DNA of 64,000 nucleotides from Promethearchaeota archaeon (GTDB lineage Archaea > Asgardarchaeota > Lokiarchaeia > Sigyniarchaeales > SOKP01), in assembly GCA_048941285.1 (NCBI GenBank), contig JBHLNS010000001.1:32001-96000 (forward strand), written 5' to 3'. The translations under genes and the position numbers were made by a program. Within the stretch, counting starts at the first letter, position 1, and each line of letters begins with the position of its first letter. Under the pieces are notes generated by a model. The model saw nothing but the letters and a program-made list of their open reading frames with translations, did no database searches and was not told where the DNA came from. Positions 1 through 10,470 of the stretch are shown here, one piece after another.

Positions 1-612
1 CCTGAAATTCATTCTTATAGTATCAATGAATTTCAAATGGATCAAAAGATATCCATCTTTTATGGTAGAAACTTAGTCTTTTCCTTTAATGTGTCTGATA
101 TTGAGGGAGTGGCATACGTCAAGGTTGGTCTTTTAAACGAAAATGATGAATGGTTTAATATCACACGTAATTATATCGGAGAAGACACTGAAATTACGAT
201 AAGAACTTTTGATTTAATTGATGGGATCTGGTATGTATATATCTATGTTATAGATTCAGATGGAGCGATTGTAAGTCTTACTGATGACTATGATAAAGCA
301 CCTCAGGGAATAAGAATAATCCCAGATGTTGTGAGTTATTACTTACCATGGATTTTATTTTTCGGTGGAATCACGTTCGGACTCCTTTTAGGTATAGTTG
401 TGGCCTATAGTTATATGAAATCGAGAAGAGACACTCAAAAAATTACACCTAAAAAGAAAGAAATACCTGCTAAAAAGCAAATTGCTCAAAAAAGATTAAA
501 AACAAAATCTAGTATACAAGAACCTGAGAAAAAAGCAACTGAAGAATTCACTAAAGAGAAGGAAAAAGAAAAAGAAGAGTTTCCTCAAAGAAAAATAAAA
601 AGAAAATTATGA
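1..612 (+). CDS. C-terminal part of a single-pass membrane/surface protein (partial, frame open from the window start)
   Basis: Frame 1 is open from base 1; beta-rich segment, one TM helix (YYLPWILFFGGITFGLLLGIVVAYSY), then a Lys/Glu-rich tail. Confidence 0.7.
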   Translation, partial: PEIHSYSINEFQMDQKISIFYGRNLVFSFNVSDIEGVAYVKVGLLNENDEWFNITRNYIGEDTEITIRTFDLIDGIWYVYIYVIDSDGAIVSLTDDYDKAPQGIRIIPDVVSYYLPWILFFGGITFGLLLGIVVAYSYMKSRRDTQKITPKKKEIPAKKQIAQKRLKTKSSIQEPEKKATEEFTKEKEKEKEEFPQRKIKRKL

Positions 613-639
613 ATTATTGATTTAAGTATTTTTTTATTT

Positions 640-1554
640 TTATAAATTTAAAATATCGTAGAGTCTATATTGGAATTTTCCAAGTGTTCCCCCATAATTA
701 CCTGCAGATATACGATTTATCCCCGGGACTTTTACTGCTGCTTCAATTCCTAGTTTTAGTGCTTTCTTAACAGCTTCTTCAGTAGCACCATCTAGAACAA
801 TTTCATAAACACAGTTATCTTCTTCTCTTAATTCTGAATCTTCTATTTTTGTTTTCAGAGTTGGGCAATATTTTTGATTAGTAGAAGCTCGCATAAATTC
901 ATATTTTGAACCAACCTTGGATCCAGAACGCACAATCCCTCCTGGGAATGGTGCAATTACATTAGGAATATCTTTAATTGCTTCAATTGCCTTTTCAGCA
1001 GCTTCTAATGCAGAATCTTGATCTTTGCCAATAATTAAAAAATTACCACCTGCTATTCCTTTTCCTACTTTAAAAGAATTTTGAACAATAAATTCCCCTT
1101 CCATAACGGGAATTTTAAACGCTTCAAACATATAAACACCCGTTAGTTTTTCTTGGAATCCATCGCCAAAAAATTTTAAATTATTACCAGATTTTATTTC
1201 AAATTCTTTAGAGGGATCAAGAGAGGTATCTAAAGCATCGAAGCATGCAGTAGTAGGGCAGGTTAAAACACATTCACCAATTCGATGTGTTAAAACCATA
1301 CTCATTTCATCTTTTTTGTTCTTAAAAAACATTAATATAACCCCTGGGCGACTGTCAGGAGTATTTTCTGCATTAACAAAAATATCAATTCCTGCTTCAG
1401 CATCACAACCAATTGTTGATGTACCATACCCAGTTGCTTCTTGAGCTGCTATGGTTGCCCATTTCTTGTTCTTTGCTGTCACTAAAACTCGAGTAAAAAC
1501 AGTTCCAAAAGCCTCACAAAAAGTATCTTCAATCTCCACACCATTTAACTCCAT
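640..1554 (-). CDS. ftr: Formylmethanofuran--tetrahydromethanopterin N-formyltransferase
   Basis: MELNGVEIEDTFCEAF start, TSTIGCDAEAG, GGNF, PFPGGIVRSGSKVGSKY, ISAGNYGG motifs; AGGTG SD upstream. Confidence 0.95.
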   Translation of the reverse strand: MELNGVEIEDTFCEAFGTVFTRVLVTAKNKKWATIAAQEATGYGTSTIGCDAEAGIDIFVNAENTPDSRPGVILMFFKNKKDEMSMVLTHRIGECVLTCPTTACFDALDTSLDPSKEFEIKSGNNLKFFGDGFQEKLTGVYMFEAFKIPVMEGEFIVQNSFKVGKGIAGGNFLIIGKDQDSALEAAEKAIEAIKDIPNVIAPFPGGIVRSGSKVGSKYEFMRASTNQKYCPTLKTKIEDSELREEDNCVYEIVLDGATEEAVKKALKLGIEAAVKVPGINRISAGNYGGTLGKFQYRLYDILNL

Positions 1555-1715
1555 TTTGAATATTACACCTTAAATTTGTTATTTACCTTATTTTTATGTT
1601 ATTTGTATTTACTAATAGAGTTCCCTATTTTATAAAATTTAAAAAAAAAAAAATAAAAATATTAAAAAATTGTAAGGTTACATAACTCATATTTAAAATT
1701 TAAATAATAAAAAAC

Positions 1716-2567
1716 TTGTTAAAAATGAGCATAGAAGAGAAAATACTTAAAATCGGTATTCTTAAAAATGGAACAATTGGTTCTTCTTTATTACTTGCTT
1801 TCTTAATGGATGAAAGAGCAGAAGCTACACGAATCAATGTAAGAGAAGTTACTTCTGGTGCTAAAATGCATCCTCCAGAACATTGTATAGATACAATGAA
1901 AAAACTATTAGAATTTAACCCAGAATTAATAATAATGTCTAGCCCAAATGCATCATTACCTGGGCCAAAAGCAGTTAGAGAAATGGCAGGAAACATCCCT
2001 ACTATAGTAATTTCTGATTCTCCTGCCAAAAAATCTATTGATGAAATAAAAGAAAAGAATATGGGGTATATATTAGTAGATTGTGATAGTATGATAGGAG
2101 CACGTAGACCTTTTCTCGATCCTATTGAAATGAGTATATTTAACTCAGATTTACTAAAGGTGTTAGCTATTACTGGTGCCCTACAAGTAATATCAGAAGA
2201 ATTAAATAATGTTATTATGGATATGCTTGATGGTAGAATCACTAGTTTACCTCAAATAATAATTGATGCAAACAGGGCAACTGAGGCTGCTAATTTTTCT
2301 AATCCTTATGCTAGAGCTAAAGCAATAGCTGCTTTTGAACTTGCTGCTTCAGTATCTAAGATTACTGCAAAAGCTTGTTTCCAATTAAAAGAAAGAGAGG
2401 ATTATATGCCACTTTTAGCTGCAGCTCATGAGATGATGAGGACAGCAGCCTTTATGTGTGATAAAGCAAGAGAAATTGAAAAATTTAATGATTCAGTTAT
2501 CAGACGGCCGCATCACGCCAAACAGCATTTCCTTAGTAAAATTGGCTTATATGATAAAGAGCAATAA
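1716..2567 (+). CDS. mtd: F420-dependent methylene-H4MPT dehydrogenase (likely start ATG 1725)
   Basis: KIGILKNGTIGSS, DERAE, SGAKM, SPNASLPGP, MIGARRPFLDPIEM, NPYARAKA, AAAHEMMR motifs. Confidence 0.92.
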   Translation: MLKMSIEEKILKIGILKNGTIGSSLLLAFLMDERAEATRINVREVTSGAKMHPPEHCIDTMKKLLEFNPELIIMSSPNASLPGPKAVREMAGNIPTIVISDSPAKKSIDEIKEKNMGYILVDCDSMIGARRPFLDPIEMSIFNSDLLKVLAITGALQVISEELNNVIMDMLDGRITSLPQIIIDANRATEAANFSNPYARAKAIAAFELAASVSKITAKACFQLKEREDYMPLLAAAHEMMRTAAFMCDKAREIEKFNDSVIRRPHHAKQHFLSKIGLYDKEQ

Positions 2568-2605
2568 AATTATTTAAACTCAATTTTTATTTTCAATTTT
2601 ATAAA

Positions 2606-3562
2606 TTAAAATTCAGAAGATTTCAAATAAAGTTTTAAATTTTTGAACACATCACCAGTAAATGCATTCATTACACTTGAAAATACTTCAGGTTGTTTAT
2701 TTTTTGTTACAGCCATTAATACAGCCCCATTACTAACTTCTTTTACTAAAATCCAGCAATTATCTGACTCATAGACAACACTTGACAATGATAAAGGAGA
2801 TAGATTTGAAACATTTTGAAGTTCCATAATATGCTGATAAATACTATAAATATTAGAATCTAAGGTTCCTATTTCAAATTTCATAAATTTTAATGGCTTT
2901 GATTCAAACTTACCGAATGTAGAAGAAATTAATAATCCATCGGGTTGGTTAAATAAGAGATATTCAGATAAGGTATTCAATTTTAACTCATCTAATAAAT
3001 GACGGATTTTTCCTAAACGTTGCATAGAAAGAGTATTCTTTTGGATTTCATAATCGAGGATTTCAATTAATCTATGTTGAGCACTTCCTTCTTTTACAGA
3101 TACAGGAGTAAATGAGAGTTTTGACAGTAAACCATCATTCATATCTTGTGTTAAAATTTCATAAAATTCATCTTCTTTTGATTCTTTTAGATCAATTTTA
3201 TTTAGTAATACATAAACCATTTCAATCTTAGGAGAGAATTCAAAAATAAACTTTAAGAATTTATCAAAAATATGTCGCACTTCAGGATCGACTGCACTAG
3301 AATCGACCATGAAAACAGCTGTGGTTGCTTCTGAAAATATTAATTCACGTTGAGATTCTGAGAAGTAACGCTCCATATAGCGTTCTTGACCTCCAAGGTC
3401 CCAAACATTAAGTTCCATTATACCACGAAAAATAAAATTTTCTCGAGAAACGCCTTTAGTAGGTTTAAGATTTAAAACCTTCATAAAATTATACCCGAGA
3501 CACGTGGTACGCATTAATGATGTTTTACCAGCACCAGCAGGACCGAACAATAATATTTTCAT
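2606..3562 (-). CDS. Rag/Gtr1-like GTPase with C-terminal roadblock-like domain
   Basis: KILLFGPAGAGKTS, PT, LNVWDLGGQERYMERYF...IFS, NKID; C-terminal YLLFNQPDGLLISST roadblock-like pattern. Confidence 0.8.
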   Translation of the reverse strand: MKILLFGPAGAGKTSLMRTTCLGYNFMKVLNLKPTKGVSRENFIFRGIMELNVWDLGGQERYMERYFSESQRELIFSEATTAVFMVDSSAVDPEVRHIFDKFLKFIFEFSPKIEMVYVLLNKIDLKESKEDEFYEILTQDMNDGLLSKLSFTPVSVKEGSAQHRLIEILDYEIQKNTLSMQRLGKIRHLLDELKLNTLSEYLLFNQPDGLLISSTFGKFESKPLKFMKFEIGTLDSNIYSIYQHIMELQNVSNLSPLSLSSVVYESDNCWILVKEVSNGAVLMAVTKNKQPEVFSSVMNAFTGDVFKNLKLYLKSSEF

Positions 3563-3697
3563 TTAAATAAAACCCAATTTACAATTAGTTTTTTATTTAT
3601 TTTCAATATATTTTTTATACTTTAATTTTTATTTAATTTTTTCTAATTATCAAAAGAAAATTAGTTTTTGAATGAATTTGAATTTATTTCTAATTAA

Positions 3698-3739
3698 TCA
3701 TTTTTAATTATCATTTTTAATTATCATTTTTAATTATCA
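3698..3739. repeat. 13-bp tandem repeat TCATTTTTAATTA x3 (+TCA)
   Basis: Exact copies at 3698, 3711 and 3724 in the divergent Rag-GTPase/apt intergenic region. Confidence 0.85.
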
Positions 3740-3785
3740 AATTTATGCATATACATCGTAAACTTAAAAAATAAAATGAATTGAA

Positions 3786-4313
3786 ATGAATTTAGAGGAT
3801 TATATAAGGAACGTACCTGATTTCCCGGTTAAAGGTATTCAGTTTAAAGATATTACAACTTTAGCGCAAAATTACTCAGCTTTTAAAGAATCCTGTGATA
3901 GAATTATTAATTATTATAGAGATAAAGAAATATCTAAAGTAGCAGCTATTGAGGCTCGTGGATATGTATGGGGTGGGGTATTAGCATACCATTTGGGAGC
4001 CGGATTTATTTTAATGAGAAAACCAGGCAAATTACCATACAAAACTCTAAAAGAAACATATGAACTTGAGTATGGTACAGATAGTATTGAAATGCATATT
4101 GATGCAGTTAATAATGGAGATCGAGTATTAGTTTTTGATGATTTATTAGCTACTGGAGGCACTGCTAAAGCGGCATGTAAGTTAATAGAGAAGGCTGGGG
4201 GTGTAGTTATAGGGATTGCTTTTGTAATTGAATTGACAGGAAGTTTACATGGCAGGGAAAAACTAAAAAACTATGACGTTCTTTCTTTATTAGAAATTCC
4301 AGTTGAAGAATAA
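3786..4313 (+). CDS. apt: Adenine phosphoribosyltransferase
   Basis: PDFPVKGIQFKDIT, IEARG, RKPGKLP, LEYG, DDLLATGGT PRPP motif. Confidence 0.95.
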   Translation: MNLEDYIRNVPDFPVKGIQFKDITTLAQNYSAFKESCDRIINYYRDKEISKVAAIEARGYVWGGVLAYHLGAGFILMRKPGKLPYKTLKETYELEYGTDSIEMHIDAVNNGDRVLVFDDLLATGGTAKAACKLIEKAGGVVIGIAFVIELTGSLHGREKLKNYDVLSLLEIPVEE

Positions 4314-4365
4314 AATTGCCTTTAAAACAAATTGTTAAGGATATTTTAAAAACATATATTTTTTT

Positions 4366-5364
4366 TTATATTCCTTCCAATTCTGGCGGAATGTAGCCAA
4401 ACGTATTTAAGAACCGTTCTCTTACCATTAAAATATTAAAAATTTGAGTTTGAGCTCCAGTTGTTTCAACTACAAATGATCCGATTATTGCTCCTAATCT
4501 ACATGAATCCAATAGGGTCATATCTAAAGTTAAACCAGTTAATATCCCAGCGCGGTATCCGTCCCCTGCACCAGTAGTATCTACTATTTTATCTGCAGTA
4601 GCAATAGGAATATGAATTTTAAAGATTTTCTTTTTACGATCTTTATAAATTAAATCAGAGCCCTTAGAACCTTGAGTTATGATAATTGCATTAAGAAACT
4701 CAAGAATTTGATCTTCAGTTAACTCAGATTTCTCTTTTATTTGAGAAATTTCATGATTATTACCAATCAATATTTCCGATTTCATGAGTAATTCAAGTAG
4801 GTTATCTTTTTTGAAAAGTGGGGTCACTTGACCAGGATCAAATATTGTAGGGATCTTTAAATCACTTAACTGATGCGCAAAATTAGTCATAGCCTCTATA
4901 CTTTGAGTAGAATTTATGGCATAAATGAATTCTTCTGGATTCGAAATTCTCTCTTTTAAATTAATATCCTTACACTTATCTAAAGCCCCACCATGAAAAA
5001 TAATCATTTGATTAGATTTAATATCATTCACGATATAACATGCAGCAGTAAAAAGATCTTCATGCACATCAAGGAGTAATTCCACGTTTCTAAATTGCTT
5101 TATATGCTCCATATATCCCAATCTTTCAAAATCATCTCCTACCGAACCAAATATAGAAACATTTGCAATATTTAAAAGTCCTAAGTTATAAGCAATATTA
5201 CCAGCCGTTCCTCCAAAAAATTGATAACGACTGTCTGCTGTAACAGTACTTTGATATTCCTCCTTATCGTGATTAATAGAAACCGCTTTAATAAAGCTTT
5301 CTTTAAAACCCATTATATAATCAAAAGCTAATGAACCAAGAACTAGAACTTTGTTTTTTACCAT
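4366..5364 (-). CDS. PfkB-family nucleoside/carbohydrate kinase (adenosine kinase-like)
   Basis: GSLAFD, GGTAGNIAY, FDPGQ, DTTGAGDGYRAG. Confidence 0.88.
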   Translation of the reverse strand: MVKNKVLVLGSLAFDYIMGFKESFIKAVSINHDKEEYQSTVTADSRYQFFGGTAGNIAYNLGLLNIANVSIFGSVGDDFERLGYMEHIKQFRNVELLLDVHEDLFTAACYIVNDIKSNQMIIFHGGALDKCKDINLKERISNPEEFIYAINSTQSIEAMTNFAHQLSDLKIPTIFDPGQVTPLFKKDNLLELLMKSEILIGNNHEISQIKEKSELTEDQILEFLNAIIITQGSKGSDLIYKDRKKKIFKIHIPIATADKIVDTTGAGDGYRAGILTGLTLDMTLLDSCRLGAIIGSFVVETTGAQTQIFNILMVRERFLNTFGYIPPELEGI

Positions 5365-5497
5365 GAAATAATCTAATAAATTTTAGAAGTATATTTTAAA
5401 TTAATCTGTATTATGTTTAAAATTTATAGAATTTGGCAGCGACGACTAAGTTTAATAACAAATAATTTAAAAAATTTTAAATTTAATACTTTAAATA

Positions 5498-6265
5498 TTG
5501 CATAAGTTGAAAAATATGGTAAAAATAGGAATAATTGGTGGATCAGGATTAGATAACCCTGAAATTCTAAAAGGCGTCATGGATATAGAGGTTGATACAG
5601 AGTATGGAAAACCTAGTTCCCCTTTAAAGGTTGGAAAAATTAATGATATTGACGTAATACTCATAGCTAGACACGGAAGACAACATACTATTCCTCCTAC
5701 GCAAGTAAATTATAGAGCTAACATACAAGCATTAAAAGATCAAGGGTGTTCACATATACTCGCTACAACAGCTTGCGGTAGTTTAAGAGAGGAAATAGAG
5801 CGAGGTGATCTAGTAATTCTTGATCAATTTATAGATTTCACTCGTCTCAGAAAAATATCCTTTTTTGAAGAATTTGCTCCTGGTGATATGAAGCATACAC
5901 CAATGGCAGATCCCTATTCAAAAAAATTAAGAGAAATACTCATTAAAACTGCTAAGGAATTGAATCTTAAGCATCATGAGACTGGAACCGTTGTTACCAT
6001 TGAAGGCCCTAGATTTTCTACAAGAGCAGAATCAAATATGTTTCGGATATGGGGTGCTGATGTAATAAATATGAGCATTGCTCCTGAGACTATTTTGGCT
6101 AATGAAATTGGTATTCCATACGCTGCTGTTGCAATGTCTACGGATTATGACTGTTGGAAAGAAGATGAAACTCCAGTGACATGGGAAGAGATCTTGAAAA
6201 TTTTTGGCAAGAATGTTAATAATGTTATTGCTTTATTAGTAAATGCAATAAATAAAATACAATAA
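5498..6265 (+). CDS. mtnP: S-methyl-5'-thioadenosine phosphorylase (likely start ATG 5516)
   Basis: IGIIGGSG, ARHGRQH, NYRANI, EGPRFSTRAES, TDYDCW. Confidence 0.92.
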   Translation: MHKLKNMVKIGIIGGSGLDNPEILKGVMDIEVDTEYGKPSSPLKVGKINDIDVILIARHGRQHTIPPTQVNYRANIQALKDQGCSHILATTACGSLREEIERGDLVILDQFIDFTRLRKISFFEEFAPGDMKHTPMADPYSKKLREILIKTAKELNLKHHETGTVVTIEGPRFSTRAESNMFRIWGADVINMSIAPETILANEIGIPYAAVAMSTDYDCWKEDETPVTWEEILKIFGKNVNNVIALLVNAINKIQ

Positions 6266-6450
6266 ATCTTAACTACCGAGTTAATTCTTTATTCTTTTTT
6301 TTCTTCTTAAACCAAATATTATTTAACAAGATGAAAGTCGATTTTTTAGAGGATTTTTTATGTTTTTTTTAAAAAAGTTGATATTTCTTAATGGTTTTTC
6401 TTAAATAATATATTTTTATGATATTTAGAGCTAGTTTTTATTTTTGAAAT

Positions 6451-7758
6451 ATGACAAAAATATCATTCCTAGGAGGTTGCAGAGAAATTGGACGCTCATG
6501 TATTTTGGTTGAATCAAATAATGGTTCCAAATGCCTGTTAGACTATGGTATAGGATTCAATAGCGATGATAGATTACCGCTAGAAACAGATTTTACTAAC
6601 TTAAGATCAGTTGCGCTTACTCACAGTCATGTGGATCATTCAGGAGCGTTACCGTTTATATATTCAAAATGCAAAGTTCCATTCTTCACCAATTCAATTT
6701 CACTTGAAATTACTGAGCTGTTAATAAGAGATATGATACAGATTTCAAAATATCCATACCCCTTTGGATTTAGGGAATTAGATAGTTTAAGACAAAATTC
6801 ATATTTCTTGAAGAATGGTACTCGTCAAAAGATAGGGAATAATTTTCATATAACTTTTATTGATGCAGGGCATATTCCTGGAAGTGTTTCAATTTTACTT
6901 GAAGTTGATAATAAGCGAATACTTTATTCTGGAGATATTAATACTCAAAATACTAATTTGATTCACCCTGCTGATTACTTAAATGTACCCAAATTAGATG
7001 TATTGATTGTTGAGTCTACATATGCCTTAAAAGAGCACCCCCCCAGAGAATTATTGGAGGAAAAATTCATAGATAAAATTATTGATGTTACTCAAAATGG
7101 GGGTAAAGTTTTAATTCCTGCTTTTGGTGTTGCACGTTCACAAGAAGCATTGTTAATTTTAGAAAAATATAATTATTCGGGTAAAATTTTTGTAGATGGA
7201 TTAGCTAGAAAAGTATCTAGCATCTATTTAGAGTATCCAGAGTTTATTAAAGATATAAAAGCGTTTAAACAAGTTCTAAAAAAAAGTGAATTCATTTCAA
7301 AGAAAAAAGATAGACTTCATGTAAAAAAATCAAATGGAGTGATTATATCTCCTTCTGGTATGCTTAAAGGAGGTGCTGCTATAGATTATGTAGAAACAAT
7401 TTTAAACGATCCAGCATCTGCAATTTATTTAGTAGGATATCAAGTTGAAGGTAGCCCAGGAAGAGGATTACTAGATGATGGAATTTTTGAATTTAAGGAA
7501 TCTCGTAAGAAGAAAAAGATGTATCATAATCTTCAGATCAAAGCGAAATGTGATTATGATTATTTTGATTTTTCGAGTCATGCAGATAGTATACATCTGT
7601 ATAATTATATCGAAAATTTAGAATTTCGAAATAAAAATCATAATAATATATTTTGTATCCATGGTGATAATAAATCAACAACAACCTTTGCTAGTGAATT
7701 AGTAAAGAAAGGTTACAATTCTGTTGCTCCTGAAATTGGAGAAATTTATAGAATATAG
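6451..7758 (+). CDS. MBL-fold beta-CASP ribonuclease (CPSF-like)
   Basis: LGGCREIGRS, THSHVDHSG, AGHIPGS, SGD, ESTY, PAFGVARSQE, SSHAD, IHG. Confidence 0.9.
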   Translation: MTKISFLGGCREIGRSCILVESNNGSKCLLDYGIGFNSDDRLPLETDFTNLRSVALTHSHVDHSGALPFIYSKCKVPFFTNSISLEITELLIRDMIQISKYPYPFGFRELDSLRQNSYFLKNGTRQKIGNNFHITFIDAGHIPGSVSILLEVDNKRILYSGDINTQNTNLIHPADYLNVPKLDVLIVESTYALKEHPPRELLEEKFIDKIIDVTQNGGKVLIPAFGVARSQEALLILEKYNYSGKIFVDGLARKVSSIYLEYPEFIKDIKAFKQVLKKSEFISKKKDRLHVKKSNGVIISPSGMLKGGAAIDYVETILNDPASAIYLVGYQVEGSPGRGLLDDGIFEFKESRKKKKMYHNLQIKAKCDYDYFDFSSHADSIHLYNYIENLEFRNKNHNNIFCIHGDNKSTTTFASELVKKGYNSVAPEIGEIYRI

Positions 7759-7770
7759 ATCGGTAAATTT

Positions 7771-9309
7771 TTATTTTCCATGCAATTGCTTCCTAATTAC
7801 CAGATTACAATTTTCTAAAAAACTATCTACTCTATCTAGTGGAATTTTTGTGCCAGCAGCGGGAGGATGGCCTCCACCTAATACATCTAAACCAGTTTGC
7901 TCACAAGCTTCTCTAATTGCTTTTGAGAGATTAACACCTCTATTTACAATCATTTTATGTGCCCTCCCAGAAACTTTATAGACATCCTCATTTTCTCTTT
8001 TGGCTAAACCAAATATAGGTTTAGTTTTATCAAATCCTTCACTACTTTCAAAAATTATCATTGAAGCAATTGTACCAACCATTGTCTCAGGAATAATTTC
8101 TTCAGCGAAAAAATATTGAATATATTCCTTTTGTTGAATTTTATCATTATCTTTAAGCCATGTTAAACTCTTTAATAATGTTTTCTTGTAATTTATAAGA
8201 ATCTCTTGAGATTTTTGATAAGAATTTCTTCTATCTCCCATCGCTATTGCGATCCCTAAAGAACCATGATTTAATCTACCACAAGCATTTAAAAGATTGG
8301 AAAAATCTCCAACATCGTATAAATCCGTACCTACTTTTTCATTTTTCAATAAAAATCTATTTATGATTAATTTCTCAATAATATCACTCGGTTCAATATC
8401 AAGTTTTAGGGAACCATATTCAATGATAGCAGCAGAAATCTTTTGCTTTTCATCTTTATTAAGTTCGGTTAGAGATTTTATGTCTCCTTTTGAATTTTCC
8501 ATTAGTATCCCTAATGTCTTTAAAAATATTAAGGTTCTATTGACATCGCCAGTTAGTCCAGGTAACTCAATTTCATTAGAATAAGCAATTGCTTCATTTA
8601 AAGGTTTTATTGAAGAAAAATTCAAATCACTTATTATTTCAATCAATCCTAAATTCTTCGCATCCTCTAAAATCAGTGAATTTAAACCTAAAAATGATTT
8701 ATTCGGACCTTGATTTTGAATATCTCCCATGGCCCCAATAATCGCATTACAGGATAAATCGACATTATTCTCATTTAAGATTTTCGCAAAATAATAGCAT
8801 AATCCTGCACCAGATACTTCTAAACTTCCATCAAATCCAAAAAAATACGGATTCAAATGCCACTGACATGTTTTATTAAAAATTTCACTAATTAGATCAT
8901 CCTGTTCTTTAGTGGATACCTTCTGTGGAAGATGATGATCTAATATGATAAAGGAATTAAAATCTTCTTTCTCAATCAATTCATTTTGAAGTTCAAGATA
9001 TTGGCCACTTCCAAAATCTGTAAAAAATAAAAATTTATTAAAACTCTTTACATCTTTAGAGATATTTCTAATTATTTCCTTTTCTAACTGTTTTAAAACA
9101 GTAATTTGAAATGGTAGATTTTCTCTGATTAGAGCTCTGCCTAAAATAGCACCTCCACTTAATCCGTCAGCGTCTAAGTGAGTATATATATGAACTGATG
9201 ATTTATTTTTCTGAATAGACGTAGTAAAATTATTTTTTAAAATCTCTAGAGCATTATAGAATTTATCAAATTTATTTGTCAAGTTCTTCATTTTATATAG
9301 AAGTAGCAA
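7771..9309 (-). CDS. DHH-family phosphoesterase, archaeal RecJ/Cdc45-like
   Basis: HLDADG, TDFGSG, LDHH, GAMGDIQ, LLNACGR, SGR, GGGHPPAAG (DHHA1). Confidence 0.88.
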   Translation of the reverse strand: MLLLYKMKNLTNKFDKFYNALEILKNNFTTSIQKNKSSVHIYTHLDADGLSGGAILGRALIRENLPFQITVLKQLEKEIIRNISKDVKSFNKFLFFTDFGSGQYLELQNELIEKEDFNSFIILDHHLPQKVSTKEQDDLISEIFNKTCQWHLNPYFFGFDGSLEVSGAGLCYYFAKILNENNVDLSCNAIIGAMGDIQNQGPNKSFLGLNSLILEDAKNLGLIEIISDLNFSSIKPLNEAIAYSNEIELPGLTGDVNRTLIFLKTLGILMENSKGDIKSLTELNKDEKQKISAAIIEYGSLKLDIEPSDIIEKLIINRFLLKNEKVGTDLYDVGDFSNLLNACGRLNHGSLGIAIAMGDRRNSYQKSQEILINYKKTLLKSLTWLKDNDKIQQKEYIQYFFAEEIIPETMVGTIASMIIFESSEGFDKTKPIFGLAKRENEDVYKVSGRAHKMIVNRGVNLSKAIREACEQTGLDVLGGGHPPAAGTKIPLDRVDSFLENCNLVIRKQLHGK

Positions 9310-9391
9310 AATTAATAATCTATTATATTAAATTATCAAATTAATAATATATACTCAATCAAAAAAAGTAAATTTAATGAAGTGAAAAGAA

Positions 9392-10387
9392 GTGCATCAT
9401 GTAAAAATAAATGAACTAGGAAGGCAAATAATTGAAGCTATCATAGATAATAGAGATTATTATAATGCAGAGGTCCATAAATTAGATAATGGGTCGACCG
9501 TTCTTGATATGTCCAAAGCATCATGGATTGGAGGCAAACTAGTGGGAGAAATTTGTATGGGAGGATTAGGGACAATTGAATTTTCTTCATATAATTTAGA
9601 GAGATATTTCATACCTAGCGTTAATGTTTATACTTCGGAACCAGTTATATCGTGTATGGCTTCCCAATTAGCAGGATGGAGCGTTAAATTAAAAAAAGAA
9701 GTAGAAAAAGAGGGGCAAATAAAGAAAAAAGTAGTTTTTCAATCTTTAGGTTCTGGACCCGCTCGGGCTAAAAGTAAAGTGGAGAAGATATTTGATGCAT
9801 TGGATTATACTGATGAATCAAATTGCGCAGTAATTGTTTTTGAGACTCCAAAATTGCCAAATGAAGAAGTTATGGATCTTGTAGCTAGAAAATGTGGTGT
9901 TGATTCAAATGAAACTTATGCTGTTTGTGCTCCGACAGCTAGTTTAGTTGGATCTATTCAAGTAGCTGCTAGAATTGTAGAAACTGGAATCCATAAACTG
10001 CATGAGATTAAATTTCCTATAAACTTAATATGTGACGGTTTTGGTACTGCCCCCATTGCTCCTATTGCTCAAGATGATCTTGGTGCTATGGGTCGTACAA
10101 ACGATTCAATAAATGCCGCTGGTTTAACATATTATAATGTTAAAATTGAAAAAGAAAAAGAAGTAGAATTATTTGAACTTCTTAAAAAAGCACCTGCTAG
10201 TACATCCTCTAGCTACGGAAAACCCTTTTTGGAAACATTTAAAGCTGCAGATTATAATTTCTATAATATAGATCCCGGATTATTTGCTCCAGCAATATAT
10301 ACTGTCACCAATATCATAACTGGTAAATGCATTACTGTTGGAAAAATAAATAATGAACTTTTAAAACAATCTTACGGATTGGATTAA
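9392..10387 (+). CDS. mch: Methenyl-H4MPT cyclohydrolase
   Basis: EICMGGLG, SQLAGW, GSGPARA, APTASLVGSIQVAARIVETG, MGRTND, YGKPF, IDPGLFAPA. Confidence 0.93.
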   Translation: MHHVKINELGRQIIEAIIDNRDYYNAEVHKLDNGSTVLDMSKASWIGGKLVGEICMGGLGTIEFSSYNLERYFIPSVNVYTSEPVISCMASQLAGWSVKLKKEVEKEGQIKKKVVFQSLGSGPARAKSKVEKIFDALDYTDESNCAVIVFETPKLPNEEVMDLVARKCGVDSNETYAVCAPTASLVGSIQVAARIVETGIHKLHEIKFPINLICDGFGTAPIAPIAQDDLGAMGRTNDSINAAGLTYYNVKIEKEKEVELFELLKKAPASTSSSYGKPFLETFKAADYNFYNIDPGLFAPAIYTVTNIITGKCITVGKINNELLKQSYGLD

Positions 10388-10470
10388 AAATAAGCAAAAA
10401 AGTTTAAAGAAAATATAATCATTTTATTTATTTCTTAATTTTCAAGATTCTTAATGAATAAAGAAACAAA

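Noticed and set aside
1700-2242. 180-aa antisense ORF, and the other short overlapping ORFs in the track (e.g. 3914-4162, 8297-8584, 27603-27908, 39129-39422, 43281-43559, 46126-46338, 50559-50741)
   Set aside because: They lie antisense to or out of frame within well-supported genes and show no recognisable motifs; shadow ORFs
3698-3739. Possible CRISPR array
   Set aside because: 13-bp contiguous units with no spacers and no cas genes in the window
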